A DNA stretch of 64,000 nucleotides, taken from the NCBI GenBank assembly GCA_963719495.1, contig CAVRCI010000002.1, forward strand, positions 512,001-576,000, written 5' to 3'. The notes beneath the pieces are model-generated. The model worked only from the letters and a program-made list of their open reading frames with translations. It was not told the origin of the DNA and made no database searches. The translations under genes were made by a program, and so were the position numbers. The stretch comes from an uncultured Verrucomicrobiae bacterium. GTDB taxonomy: Bacteria; Verrucomicrobiota; Verrucomicrobiia; Chthoniobacterales; JAATET01. Positions 1 to 9,123 of this stretch are shown one piece after another (position 1 is the stretch's first letter; each line of letters starts with the position of its first letter).

Positions 1-1046
1 GCGTAGCGGACGTAGTCGAGTTCGACGTGGCGGGCGAGGATCTCGAACGTGGCGATGGCCTTGCCGAGGGTGTTGACGTTGGCCCACTCGAAGGGTTCCT
101 CGAAATCGAGCGCGCCGGTCTCGGTGAGCGTCACGTAGAGCCGGTCGCGGTCGGCGGCATCGGGCAGAGCGTCGATGGCGGCCTTTGCGACATTCTGGAC
201 TTCGTTGACGATGATGGAATCGTACGCCGCCGTCCGGTAAGCCTCGTAGCTGGAGATTTCGTGGAGGGGATAGGAGTGCACCTCCAGGAAGTCGACGTCC
301 GCGACCGCGATGGCGAGGACGTCGTCGAACCATTGCCTGCTGTGGCCGTTGATGCCGACGTGGATCGTGGGGTCGACCGCCTTCATGGCTCGCGAAAACT
401 CGACCGCGTCCCGGGCGTAGGTCGCGGCCCCCGGATTTTCGCCCGCGTAGCTTTCGCCGTAGTCAGTCTCGTTCCCGAGTGTCCAATGCCGGATGCCGTA
501 GCCTTTGGTGACGTTCGCGTAGCGCACCCACTCGACCGCGTTTCGGAGGAGCCGCGCCCGGGAGGGCGGGGTCTCGGTGCCGCTGGCTGGCTTGTATTGA
601 CTGTCGAACGCCACGCAGATCATGGGTTCCGCCCCGGCTTCGCGGCACAGCGTCATGAATTCGTCGAAGTCCAACGTCGCCGCCTTCGCGGTCTCGCCGT
701 CGCTTTCGTAAAAACGATCGTCGCCCGTCGGCCAGGCGTGAACGCGGGCGGCGTGCGGGGCGGCGGACTTCCAGGGTGCGACGCTCCAGAGGTAGTTCTC
801 CGATTTCTCACCACCGGGATACCGAAGGTAGCCCACCCGCAGCGAGGCCAGGGCGTCGGCGGTGCGGGTCGTGCGCGCCACCCGCGCGTCGTCGTCCATG
901 AGGTAGCTGACGTTCAGCCCGATGGGGCGGTGTGAGACCTCGGCGATTCGGTCGGACAGGTCGACCCGGAGCGTCTGGCCACAGGCGATCGAGGCGGCGA
1001 GGCTGGCGATGGCGAGTTGGACGGGGGCGGAGCGGATCGGATTCAT
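1..1046 (-). CDS. Secreted glycoside hydrolase, GH51/alpha-L-arabinofuranosidase-like TIM barrel (runs off the left edge)
   Basis: Not in the ORF track because it is truncated. Minus-strand translation from ATG 1046: MNPIRSAPVQLAIASLAASIACGQTLRVDL...PIGLNVSY...LRYPGGEKSENYLW...LDFDEFMTLCREAGAEPMICV...HWTLGNETDY. Signal peptide, LRYPGG, and GNE acid/base motif. Confidence 0.75.
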   Translation of the reverse strand, partial: MNPIRSAPVQLAIASLAASIACGQTLRVDLSDRIAEVSHRPIGLNVSYLMDDDARVARTTRTADALASLRVGYLRYPGGEKSENYLWSVAPWKSAAPHAARVHAWPTGDDRFYESDGETAKAATLDFDEFMTLCREAGAEPMICVAFDSQYKPASGTETPPSRARLLRNAVEWVRYANVTKGYGIRHWTLGNETDYGESYAGENPGAATYARDAVEFSRAMKAVDPTIHVGINGHSRQWFDDVLAIAVADVDFLEVHSYPLHEISSYEAYRTAAYDSIIVNEVQNVAKAAIDALPDAADRDRLYVTLTETGALDFEEPFEWANVNTLGKAIATFEILARHVELDYVRY

Positions 1047-1126
1047 GGAGTTCGGGGCGCGGGCACGCCGGGGGAGGGGGGGGACGTGGAATGCATCGCG
1101 GATTGAGATTCCATCAGCGAAAAGTA

Positions 1127-1137
1127 ATAACGGCTTA
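1127..1137 (+). promoter_or_regulatory. Candidate operator ATAACGGCTTA (copy 1)
   Basis: Exact 11-mer also at 12784 (+) and 19595-19605 (-), with a variant at 9006; every copy is intergenic and upstream of a CAZyme gene. Confidence 0.6.
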
Positions 1138-1207
1138 ATATTCAAATGTCTCGTTCGGTCCTCGGACGCAAACGGATATTACGAAACTCCCCACTCCGAC
1201 CTTCCGC

Positions 1208-2989
1208 ATGCAACTCGACCTCTCCCGTTCCCCGTTCAGCGCCTACGGGTCGCTGCTTTGCTTCAGCGTTCTGCCGCCGGATTGGAAGCGGCCCGGCGTG
1301 GTGCTGCGCAACGTGCGCGGCGTCTTCGGCATGCGCGAATTGTTTGCGATCAAGCTGCTGGTCGGCGGCGAGGAATGGGAAGCCGAGGTCGACGCGACGC
1401 CGTCCTGCCTGACGCTTCGGGCCGCTGGGGCGACGGCGGAGTTCGTTTTTTCCGCGCCGGAGACATTGCGCATTCGGGTGAGTGGCGGCGCGCTGGCGCT
1501 GTATTCCGACCCTTCGACCCGGGCCAATCTCCTGCCGACCAGCGATCACTCGTGGCGACTGCGGATGGAGCGCACGTCCGGCCATTACCTGCTCACGAGC
1601 CTTCACGGATCGGTCGAGGCCGAGCGCCTGCCGCCGCCGGCGGACGGTCCGGCTCCCAAGAAGAACAAACCCGCGCCCGCCTCGTTGCGGCTCGTGCTCC
1701 AGCCCGACGCCGAGGGTCGGCTCGAGATGGCGCTCGAGGAATTCGTCGTGCAGGAGCGCCTCGTCGGGCTGGGGGGGACGTTCGACGAATGCCGGGCCAG
1801 CGCCGAGGCGTGGTGGTCCGATTGGCTCGAGCGTATCCCGGAGGTGCCCGCGGACTTCCGCCCCGCCGCCCGGCTCGCCCGCTACGTGAACGGCTCGGCG
1901 GTCGTCAACGTCACCGGTGCGCTCCGGCGTCCCACGATGTTGATGAGCAAGAATTGGATGAACCAATGCTGGACGTGGGACCATTGCTTCAACGCCATCG
2001 CCCACGCCGCGAGCGAACCCGACCTCGCGTGGGACCAGTGGCTCGTCCCGTTCGATTTCATGCAGCCTTCCGGCGCGCTGCCGGATTCCGTGACGACCGC
2101 GCAACCGACCTGGCTGGCCGCGAAGCCGCCGATTCACGGTTGGGCACTCGGTTGGATGGAGCGGCTCGGGGGTCCGCTCTCGCAGGATCGCGTCGAGACG
2201 GCCTACGACTACCTCAGCCGCTGGACGCATTGGTGGCTGGAGTGCCGCGACGCCGACGGCGACGGGTTGCCGGAGTATCACGACGGGTGCGATTCCGGCT
2301 GGGACAATGCGACGGTCTTTCTGCGGGATCAGGCGGTGGCCTCGCCCGATTTGCCGAGTTACCTCGTTCTCCAAATGGACACCCTGGCCGACCTCGCGAC
2401 GCGGCTCGGACGCCACGCCGCCGCCGCGCAGTGGCGCGCGGCATCCGCCGCCATGCTCGAGCGGCTGCTCGGTCGGCTCTGGGAAGGCGACCGCTTCGTG
2501 TCGCGCGAGGCGTTCACGGGCGAGGCGTGCGACGACGGCGACAGTCTCATCAATTTTCTCCCGATCATCCTCGGCGACCGATTACCCGCCGCGCACCGCG
2601 AGGCGCTGGCCGAGGGGCTGCGAGTCGGCGGGCGGTTCGTCACGGAGTTCGGTCCCGCGACCGAGAGCGTGCGGAGTCCGTTTTTCCATCAAGATGGATA
2701 TTGGCAGGGCGCGATCTGGCCGCCCGTCACGATGATGCTCGTCGACGGCCTGGACCGCGCGGGCTTCCCGGAGCAGGCCCGCGAGATGGCTCGAAACTAC
2801 TGCGCGATGTGTCAGGACGAAGGGATGTCGGAGAATTACAGCCCGCTCACGGGCGTCGCCCAGAGCGACCGCGCCTACACGTGGGGGTCCTCGGTTTTTC
2901 TCGTTCTGGCGGGTGAATACCTCCGCGCTGAGAGCGCCGGGTCCTCGGCGGTCGAGTCGACCGAGTCTCTCGCCCTGGCGACGAATTGA
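1208..2989 (+). CDS. GH63/MGH1-like (alpha/alpha)6 glycoside hydrolase (amylo-alpha-1,6-glucosidase-like)
   Basis: Motifs WTWDHCF, KPPIHGW, DSGWDN, YWQGAIWPP, ENYSPLTG. Confidence 0.85.
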   Translation: MQLDLSRSPFSAYGSLLCFSVLPPDWKRPGVVLRNVRGVFGMRELFAIKLLVGGEEWEAEVDATPSCLTLRAAGATAEFVFSAPETLRIRVSGGALALYSDPSTRANLLPTSDHSWRLRMERTSGHYLLTSLHGSVEAERLPPPADGPAPKKNKPAPASLRLVLQPDAEGRLEMALEEFVVQERLVGLGGTFDECRASAEAWWSDWLERIPEVPADFRPAARLARYVNGSAVVNVTGALRRPTMLMSKNWMNQCWTWDHCFNAIAHAASEPDLAWDQWLVPFDFMQPSGALPDSVTTAQPTWLAAKPPIHGWALGWMERLGGPLSQDRVETAYDYLSRWTHWWLECRDADGDGLPEYHDGCDSGWDNATVFLRDQAVASPDLPSYLVLQMDTLADLATRLGRHAAAAQWRAASAAMLERLLGRLWEGDRFVSREAFTGEACDDGDSLINFLPIILGDRLPAAHREALAEGLRVGGRFVTEFGPATESVRSPFFHQDGYWQGAIWPPVTMMLVDGLDRAGFPEQAREMARNYCAMCQDEGMSENYSPLTGVAQSDRAYTWGSSVFLVLAGEYLRAESAGSSAVESTESLALATN

Positions 2990-5127
2990 ATCCCGCACCA
3001 ACCAGTCCGGACCCCGCCGACCCGACGGGAAAAACGCCGCTTACCGGTCCCGGCGGGAAGGTCCCGCCCGGCGAAGACGCTTCCAAGGGCGAGGTGTGGC
3101 TCTACGCCTTCGGGAACATCGAGTCTGCCATCGCGGACAATTTCCCGAACGTCCTCAAGAATATCATGGTCGTCGCCATGCACGTGAACCCGCTGCTCAT
3201 CGGGCTCATCCTCGGCATCAAGACGCTCTGGGACAGCGTGACCGACCCCTTCATGGCCTACGTGACCGACAACACGCGGTCGCGCTGGGGCCGCCGTCGC
3301 CCCTACATCCTCACCGGCGGCGTCGCGCGCGTTTCGCTCCTCGTCGTGCTCGCCGCCTTCATGCCGACCGGCAGCAACCTGTCGCCCAACGCCGTGATGG
3401 AGGCGCAGAAGCACGCGGGCGACGCGATCACCATCGCCAACCGCAACCAGCAGATCGCCGCAGAATCCTACACCGCGCTCGCCACCGCCGACGCCGCGAA
3501 GCGGGAGAAACTGCTCGCCGAATTCGCCGAGATCCCGCCGTCCTCCCTCGAAGCCTTCGCGACCATCGAGTCGAATCAATCGGTCCTCCGCGACGAATCC
3601 GCGAACCGCGCCGCCGACCTCGCCAGCGAGCGTGAGGCCGTGAAACGACTCGGCGACCAGTCCAGCCAGAATCTCAACCTCGACGACACGCTCGAGGTCC
3701 CCGCCAGCGGGGTCGCCTCCGCCGAGGGGAAATTCAAGCGCGCCCAGGATCTCGTCGACCGCGCCGTCGCCGCGCAGCGCCGCGCCATCGCGGCGGAATA
3801 CGTCGCCCGCCACGTCCTCGAGGTGGCGGGCGTGGAACCCGACACCGGGCTGGGGGAATTGTCCGCCGTGCAGCCGCGCGCCGACGAAGCCTTCGCCGAA
3901 GCGGGTCTCGAGCCGCTCGACATCTTCGCCTACGAGAAACCGCCGCCGCCGACGAAGACGCCGCCCAAGGGCATGATCGCCGGCATCACCGACGGGTTCG
4001 CCGCCTTTCTCGCGCCCGAGAACGCGGGTCAGCGCACGCTCATCGTCTACGTCCTCGTCGGCTTCCTCCTCTTCACGACGCTCACGACCGTGCAGTCCGT
4101 GCCGTATTACGCGCTCGGGATCGAGTTGAGTCCGTCCTACGACGGACGCACCCGCGTGGTGACCTACCGCGCGATCATGAACAAAGTCGCCGGCCTCGTG
4201 CAGCCCTGGGTGCCGGTGTTCTGCTTTTCGCTCATCTTCGTCAACGCCATCGACGGCCTCTTCTGGGTCGCCGTCTTCGCGTGGATCATCGGCGTTCCGA
4301 GCACCGTCCTCATGTGCTGGTTCACGCGGGAGCGCACCCAGACCCAAGCCAAGAAGCCGAGTCAGCGCGAGGGGATTTTCACCGCCATGTGGCAGGTCAC
4401 GCGCAATCGCCATTTTCTCAAAATCTTCGGCCTCTATTGGTTCATCGGCCTGACCAACGGCATTTTCGGCCAGATCGGATTCTACCTCAACGTCTACTGG
4501 GTGACCGGCTCGGCGCTCTCCGGCGCGACGCTCGCCGCCTGGGTCGCCATGATCGCGTGGGGCACGAGTTTCCTCTGTCTGCCGCTCATCCAGTGGGGCT
4601 GCAAGCGTTTCCAGAAGCACCAGGTCCTCATGGTCGCGTTGCTCTGGATGTCGATCGGCACCGCGATGAAGTGGTGGCTCATGGACCCCGATCACCCCGA
4701 GTATCAGTTCGTGCTGCCGTTCTTCTTCTCCGCCGGGATCGCGTCCGTTTACACGATTCTGCCGACGATGATGGCCGACGTCACCGACGTGGACGAACTC
4801 AACAACGGCTTCCGGCGCGAGGGCATGTTCGGCGCGATGATGGCGTTTCTCATGAAAATGGTTGCCACCTTCACGCCCATCCTCGCCGGTGCCGTCCTCG
4901 TGATCGCGGGCTTCGATCCCGCGCTGGAATACGCCCAGCGCCCCGAGACCATCCTCTGGATGCGGCTCATGTATTCCTTCATCCCAGCCGTCCTCCTCCT
5001 CCTCGCGCTCCTCATGCTCTGGCGTTACCCGCTCACCCGCGAGCGCGTCGAAGAAATCAAGGAGCAGCTCCGCCTCCGCCACGAAGCCGAGGATTCGCCC
5101 GACGACGCCCCGCCGCAATCCGCCTAG
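2986..5127 (+). CDS. MFS transporter, glycoside-pentoside-hexuronide (MelB-like) family, with a large soluble insertion
   Basis: WDSVTDPFMAYVTDNTRSRWGRRRPY, ELSPSYDGRT, ADVTDVDELNNGFRREG, YPLT; multiple TM helices. Confidence 0.9.
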   Translation: MNPAPTSPDPADPTGKTPLTGPGGKVPPGEDASKGEVWLYAFGNIESAIADNFPNVLKNIMVVAMHVNPLLIGLILGIKTLWDSVTDPFMAYVTDNTRSRWGRRRPYILTGGVARVSLLVVLAAFMPTGSNLSPNAVMEAQKHAGDAITIANRNQQIAAESYTALATADAAKREKLLAEFAEIPPSSLEAFATIESNQSVLRDESANRAADLASEREAVKRLGDQSSQNLNLDDTLEVPASGVASAEGKFKRAQDLVDRAVAAQRRAIAAEYVARHVLEVAGVEPDTGLGELSAVQPRADEAFAEAGLEPLDIFAYEKPPPPTKTPPKGMIAGITDGFAAFLAPENAGQRTLIVYVLVGFLLFTTLTTVQSVPYYALGIELSPSYDGRTRVVTYRAIMNKVAGLVQPWVPVFCFSLIFVNAIDGLFWVAVFAWIIGVPSTVLMCWFTRERTQTQAKKPSQREGIFTAMWQVTRNRHFLKIFGLYWFIGLTNGIFGQIGFYLNVYWVTGSALSGATLAAWVAMIAWGTSFLCLPLIQWGCKRFQKHQVLMVALLWMSIGTAMKWWLMDPDHPEYQFVLPFFFSAGIASVYTILPTMMADVTDVDELNNGFRREGMFGAMMAFLMKMVATFTPILAGAVLVIAGFDPALEYAQRPETILWMRLMYSFIPAVLLLLALLMLWRYPLTRERVEEIKEQLRLRHEAEDSPDDAPPQSA

Positions 5128-5142
5128 AAAAAACTTCCGACC

Positions 5143-7299
5143 ATGTCCTGCAAAATCACCCTCATCGGCGCCGGTTCCGTCGTCTTCGCCAAGACGCTCA
5201 TCGGCGACATCCTGCAATTTCCCGAACTCGCCGACGCCACGATCTGCCTCATGGACATCGACGCCGACCGCCTCCGCGTCGCCGACGTCATGATGAAGCG
5301 CATCGCCGCCAAACTCGGCGCGCGCTGCGTGATCCAGGCCACCACCGACCGCCGCGAAGCCGTCCGCGGGGCGAAATACGTCATCTGCACGATCCAGGTC
5401 GGCGGTTACCGACCCTCGACCGTTCGCGACTTCGAGATTCCGAAGAAATACGGCCTCCAGCAGACCATCGGCGACACACTCGGAGTCGGCGGCGTCTTCC
5501 GCGCTCTGCGCACCATTCCCGTGCTGCTCGACCTCGCCCGCGACATCGCCGACGTCGCGCACCCCGATTGCTTCCTGCTCAATTACTCGAACCCGATGGC
5601 GATGAATTGCTGGGCCATCGACCGCGCCGTCGGCATCCCGCACGTCGGCCTCTGCCACTCCATCTTCGGCACCGCCCGGATGCTGGCCACGCACGTCGGC
5701 CTCCCCATCGACGACCTCAACTACCTCGTCGCCGGCGTGAACCACATGGCGTTTTTCCTCAAGTTCGAATACCGCGGCACCGACGCCTACCCGCTGCTCT
5801 TCCGCGTGCTCGAGGATCCCGCCCGGTCCTTCGAGCGCGTCCGCTACGAGATGATGCGGCGCACCGGGTATTTCGTCACCGAGTCCAGCGAGCACCAGGC
5901 CGAATACGTCCCGTATTTCATCCACCACGGCGCGGAGAAGATCGCCGAGTTCAACGTCCCCATCGACGATTACCTCCGCCGCTGCGAGACCATCACGTCC
6001 ACCTGGGCCGCGACCGAGGCCCGGCTCATCGGCGAGGAGGGCGAGATCGACGTCCCGCCGCAGTCCCACGAATACGGCTCCTACATCATCCACTCGCGCG
6101 AGACCCACACGCCCCGCACCGTCTACGGCAACGTCCCGAACCGCGCCCTCATCGACAATCTTCCCACCGGCTGCTGCGTCGAAGTCCCCTGCCTCGTCGA
6201 CGGCAACGGCCTCCAACCCGTGAAAATCGGCAACCTCCCACCGCAGCTCGCCGCCCTCTGCGCGACGAACGTCAACGTCCAGAGCCTCACCGTCGACGCC
6301 GCGCTCACCGGACGCCGCGAGCACGTCTATCACGCCGTCATGCTCGACCCGCACACCGCGGCCACCCTGCCGCTCGACCGCATCTGGGCGATGTGCGACG
6401 AGCTGATCGAGGCGCACCAGGCCGACGGCTACCTCGGCGAATTCGTCCCCGTCGTGAAAAATACCGGCCGCACCTTCGCCGGTCTCGGCGACCGCGTGAT
6501 CGTCCGCGCCCAGCCGCGCGGCCTCCGCCTCGACGAAGCGGGCAGCGAATTCGACCTCGAACTCACCGCCGAAAATCCCGGCGGCGAGGCCTTCACCACC
6601 GACATCCGCATCGTCCCCGAGCACGAATCCATCGCCTTCCCCGGCAACGAAACCCTCCGTCTCGTCGCCGCCCCGGGCGAGACGACGACGCTCGTCATCC
6701 GTGGCGAAGTGCGGGCAGTCGTCACCGAAAGCGTCCGCGTCGGCCTCCGCGCCGCCGAGGACCGCGTCCTCGCCATCGGTGCCGTGCTGGTCCCGCGGCG
6801 GCGACTCGAGGTCGGCACCGACGGCGCGGCCACGTTCGCGCTGGAACTCTCGGGTTTCCCCTGCGCGCGCGGGACGATTCGCCGCGACGGCGATCGGCTC
6901 CAGCTCGAGATGACCGTCGACGACTCCGACCCCAAGCCCCGCATCGACAGTCCGTGGATGGGATCCTGCGTCGAACTCTTCTTCGCCGACGAGGCCAAGC
7001 CCGGCATCACGCAACTCTTCGTCGTCCCGGGCGAGGGGAGCGACGCGAAGATCGTCGATCTCTCCCGCCAGCCCGTCGAGGGCGCGACGCTCGACCTCGA
7101 GATGACGACCGCGAACTACCGTTTCCGTCTCGACCTCCCGGCGGCGAGTGCCGGTGTCGGCGCGGACGGCCCGTTCCTCTTCGACGCCTTCGCCAGCCTC
7201 AACGCCCTCGGCGACGCCCACTCCGGCGGCCGCAGCTCGTTGAGCGGCCGGTTCGAGTCGAACACCGACATGACCTACGCCGTCGACGTGAGCGTCTGA
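5143..7299 (+). CDS. melA: GH4 NAD+-dependent alpha-galactosidase/glucosidase with C-terminal extension
   Basis: KITLIGAGSVVF, QTIGDTLGVGG, NYSNPM, GLCHS, AGVNH, TESSEH. Confidence 0.85.
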   Translation: MSCKITLIGAGSVVFAKTLIGDILQFPELADATICLMDIDADRLRVADVMMKRIAAKLGARCVIQATTDRREAVRGAKYVICTIQVGGYRPSTVRDFEIPKKYGLQQTIGDTLGVGGVFRALRTIPVLLDLARDIADVAHPDCFLLNYSNPMAMNCWAIDRAVGIPHVGLCHSIFGTARMLATHVGLPIDDLNYLVAGVNHMAFFLKFEYRGTDAYPLLFRVLEDPARSFERVRYEMMRRTGYFVTESSEHQAEYVPYFIHHGAEKIAEFNVPIDDYLRRCETITSTWAATEARLIGEEGEIDVPPQSHEYGSYIIHSRETHTPRTVYGNVPNRALIDNLPTGCCVEVPCLVDGNGLQPVKIGNLPPQLAALCATNVNVQSLTVDAALTGRREHVYHAVMLDPHTAATLPLDRIWAMCDELIEAHQADGYLGEFVPVVKNTGRTFAGLGDRVIVRAQPRGLRLDEAGSEFDLELTAENPGGEAFTTDIRIVPEHESIAFPGNETLRLVAAPGETTTLVIRGEVRAVVTESVRVGLRAAEDRVLAIGAVLVPRRRLEVGTDGAATFALELSGFPCARGTIRRDGDRLQLEMTVDDSDPKPRIDSPWMGSCVELFFADEAKPGITQLFVVPGEGSDAKIVDLSRQPVEGATLDLEMTTANYRFRLDLPAASAGVGADGPFLFDAFASLNALGDAHSGGRSSLSGRFESNTDMTYAVDVSV

Positions 7300-7337
7300 A
7301 CCAACCCCGATCCGGATCAACCGAACCGAACTGAACC

Positions 7338-8852
7338 ATGAACATCCTCTACGTCGACATCGACTCCCTGCGCCCCGATCACCTCGGTTGCTACGGCTAC
7401 CATCGCGCCACCAGCCCGCACATCGACGCCATCGCGCGGGAAGGATTGCGGTTCACGAACTGCTACGCGTCCGACGCCCCCTGCCTGCCGAGTCGCACGG
7501 CGATGACGACCGGGCGATTCGGTATTCACACCGGCGTGGTCAACCACGGAGGCGTCGCCGCGCAACCGTTCCTCACCGGACCGCGGCGCGGATTCAAGTG
7601 CGACCTCACGGATGCGAACTGGGTGAATCGATTTCGCCTCGGCGGACACCACACCGTCGCCTTCAGCCCCTTCGCCCAGCGTCACGGCGCGTGGCACTGG
7701 TATGCCGGCTTCATGGAAATGCACAACACGGGTGGCGGCGGCATGGAGACCGCCGACGAGATCTCCCCGCAAGTCACGAAATGGCTCGGCGAACGCGACT
7801 CCGCCGCCGAACCCTTCTTCATGTGGCTCAACCTCTGGGACCCCCACACGCCCTACCGGACGCCCGCCGATTTCGACAAATCCTTCGCCGAGGATCCCAT
7901 CCCGGAATGGTACACCGAGGCCGTCCGCCGCGAGCACTGGCAGTGGTCCGGCCCGCACTCCGCCCAGGAGGTCAACGGCTACACGCCGCGCCCCGAGTGG
8001 ATGTATCACAGCGTCCGGTCGAGATTCCCGTCGATCCCCGCGCTCCAACCCGGCGAGATCGACAGCCCCGAAGCCGCCCGGCAGATGTTCGACAGCTACG
8101 ACCTCGGGGTCGCCTACGCGGATCATCATCTGGGAATCATCATCCAGAAGCTAAAAGACACCGGACTCTACGACGACACTGCCATCATCATCTCCGCCGA
8201 CCACGGCGAGAACCTCGGCGAACTCGGCGTCTACTGCGACCACCAGACGGCCGACCATCACACCAACCGCGTCCCGATGATCGTCCGCTGGCCGGGCGCA
8301 ACAGACGCGCGGGCGGGCGAATCCGACGAACGGCTGCTCTACGCCATCGACGGCGCCGCCAGCTCGCTCGCCCTCGCCGGACTCGACGTCCCCGATTGCT
8401 GGGATGGCGTGAGTTGCGCCGACGCGATGAAGTCCGCCGGGGTCGCTCCGCACCGCGACCGACTCGTCATTTCGCAGGCCGCCTGGTGCGTGCAGCGATC
8501 CGCCCGCTGGGACAATTACCTGCTCATCCAGACGTTTCACGACGCGCTGCACGATTACCCCGAGTTCATGCTCTTCGACCTCGCCGCCGACCCGCACGAG
8601 CAGAACGACCTGGCCGCCGAACGCCCCGACCTAGTCGACCGCGGCAAAGCCATCCTCCACGACTGGCGGACCGAGCAGATGAATTCGTCCAGTCAGGCAA
8701 TCGATCCGCTGGAAACGGTGCTCGCCGAAGGCGGCTCGCTGCACGCGGTCACCGATCCCGCGGGAATCGAAACCTACCTCGAACGCCTCCGCGCCACCGG
8801 CCGCGCCGAAGTCGCCGACCGCCTCGCCACCCGCACCAAACCGCACGCGTGA
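7338..8852 (+). CDS. Cys-type (formylglycine) sulfatase, cytoplasmic
   Basis: MNILYVDIDSLRPDH, CLPSR (CxPxR), DPHTPY, SADHGE; no signal peptide. Confidence 0.92.
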   Translation: MNILYVDIDSLRPDHLGCYGYHRATSPHIDAIAREGLRFTNCYASDAPCLPSRTAMTTGRFGIHTGVVNHGGVAAQPFLTGPRRGFKCDLTDANWVNRFRLGGHHTVAFSPFAQRHGAWHWYAGFMEMHNTGGGGMETADEISPQVTKWLGERDSAAEPFFMWLNLWDPHTPYRTPADFDKSFAEDPIPEWYTEAVRREHWQWSGPHSAQEVNGYTPRPEWMYHSVRSRFPSIPALQPGEIDSPEAARQMFDSYDLGVAYADHHLGIIIQKLKDTGLYDDTAIIISADHGENLGELGVYCDHQTADHHTNRVPMIVRWPGATDARAGESDERLLYAIDGAASSLALAGLDVPDCWDGVSCADAMKSAGVAPHRDRLVISQAAWCVQRSARWDNYLLIQTFHDALHDYPEFMLFDLAADPHEQNDLAAERPDLVDRGKAILHDWRTEQMNSSSQAIDPLETVLAEGGSLHAVTDPAGIETYLERLRATGRAEVADRLATRTKPHA

Positions 8853-8861
8853 GGAATTCGA

Positions 8862-8989
8862 GACAGGATTTACAGGATTTACAGGATTGTAAGGAATGAC
8901 CTATGAGCCGGGGATAAGCGACCCTGCGAGCGAGCGGGGACTTTTTTGAAGTCATCGAAATCAATCCTCCCAATCCTGTGAATCCTGTC
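8862..8989. repeat. Inverted pair of 9-nt tandem repeats: (ACAGGATTT)n ... (AATCCTGT)n
   Basis: gacaggatttacaggatttacaggatt ... aatcctcccaatcctgtgaatcctgtc; same family at 49375-49454. Confidence 0.85.
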
Positions 8990-9005
8990 CATTCCCGGAT
9001 CGATG

Positions 9006-9016
9006 CTAACGGCATA
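9006..9016 (+). promoter_or_regulatory. Candidate operator variant CTAACGGCATA
   Basis: Two mismatches to ATAACGGCTTA; upstream of the GH9 gene. Confidence 0.4.
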
Positions 9017-9123
9017 TCGGATCAAAGGCGGGCTTCGTGGAACGCGGCGGACTAATGGTGTTGGCGTTCCTCAAAAACCCCGTCGCCGGAGAAAAATTCG
9101 GCGGCACCAACTCGATCCCCCCA

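Noticed and set aside
27..935. 302-aa plus-strand ORF
   Set aside because: Antisense to the GH51-like gene (ATG 1046) that runs off the window.
2875..7320. 1481-aa minus-strand ORF and similar long Arg/Pro/Gly-rich ORFs (e.g. 4281-7334, 10561-12381, 16780-18942, 49629-51659, 58640-61390)
   Set aside because: Shadow or alternate frames of clearly identifiable genes in high-GC DNA; no motifs and biased composition.
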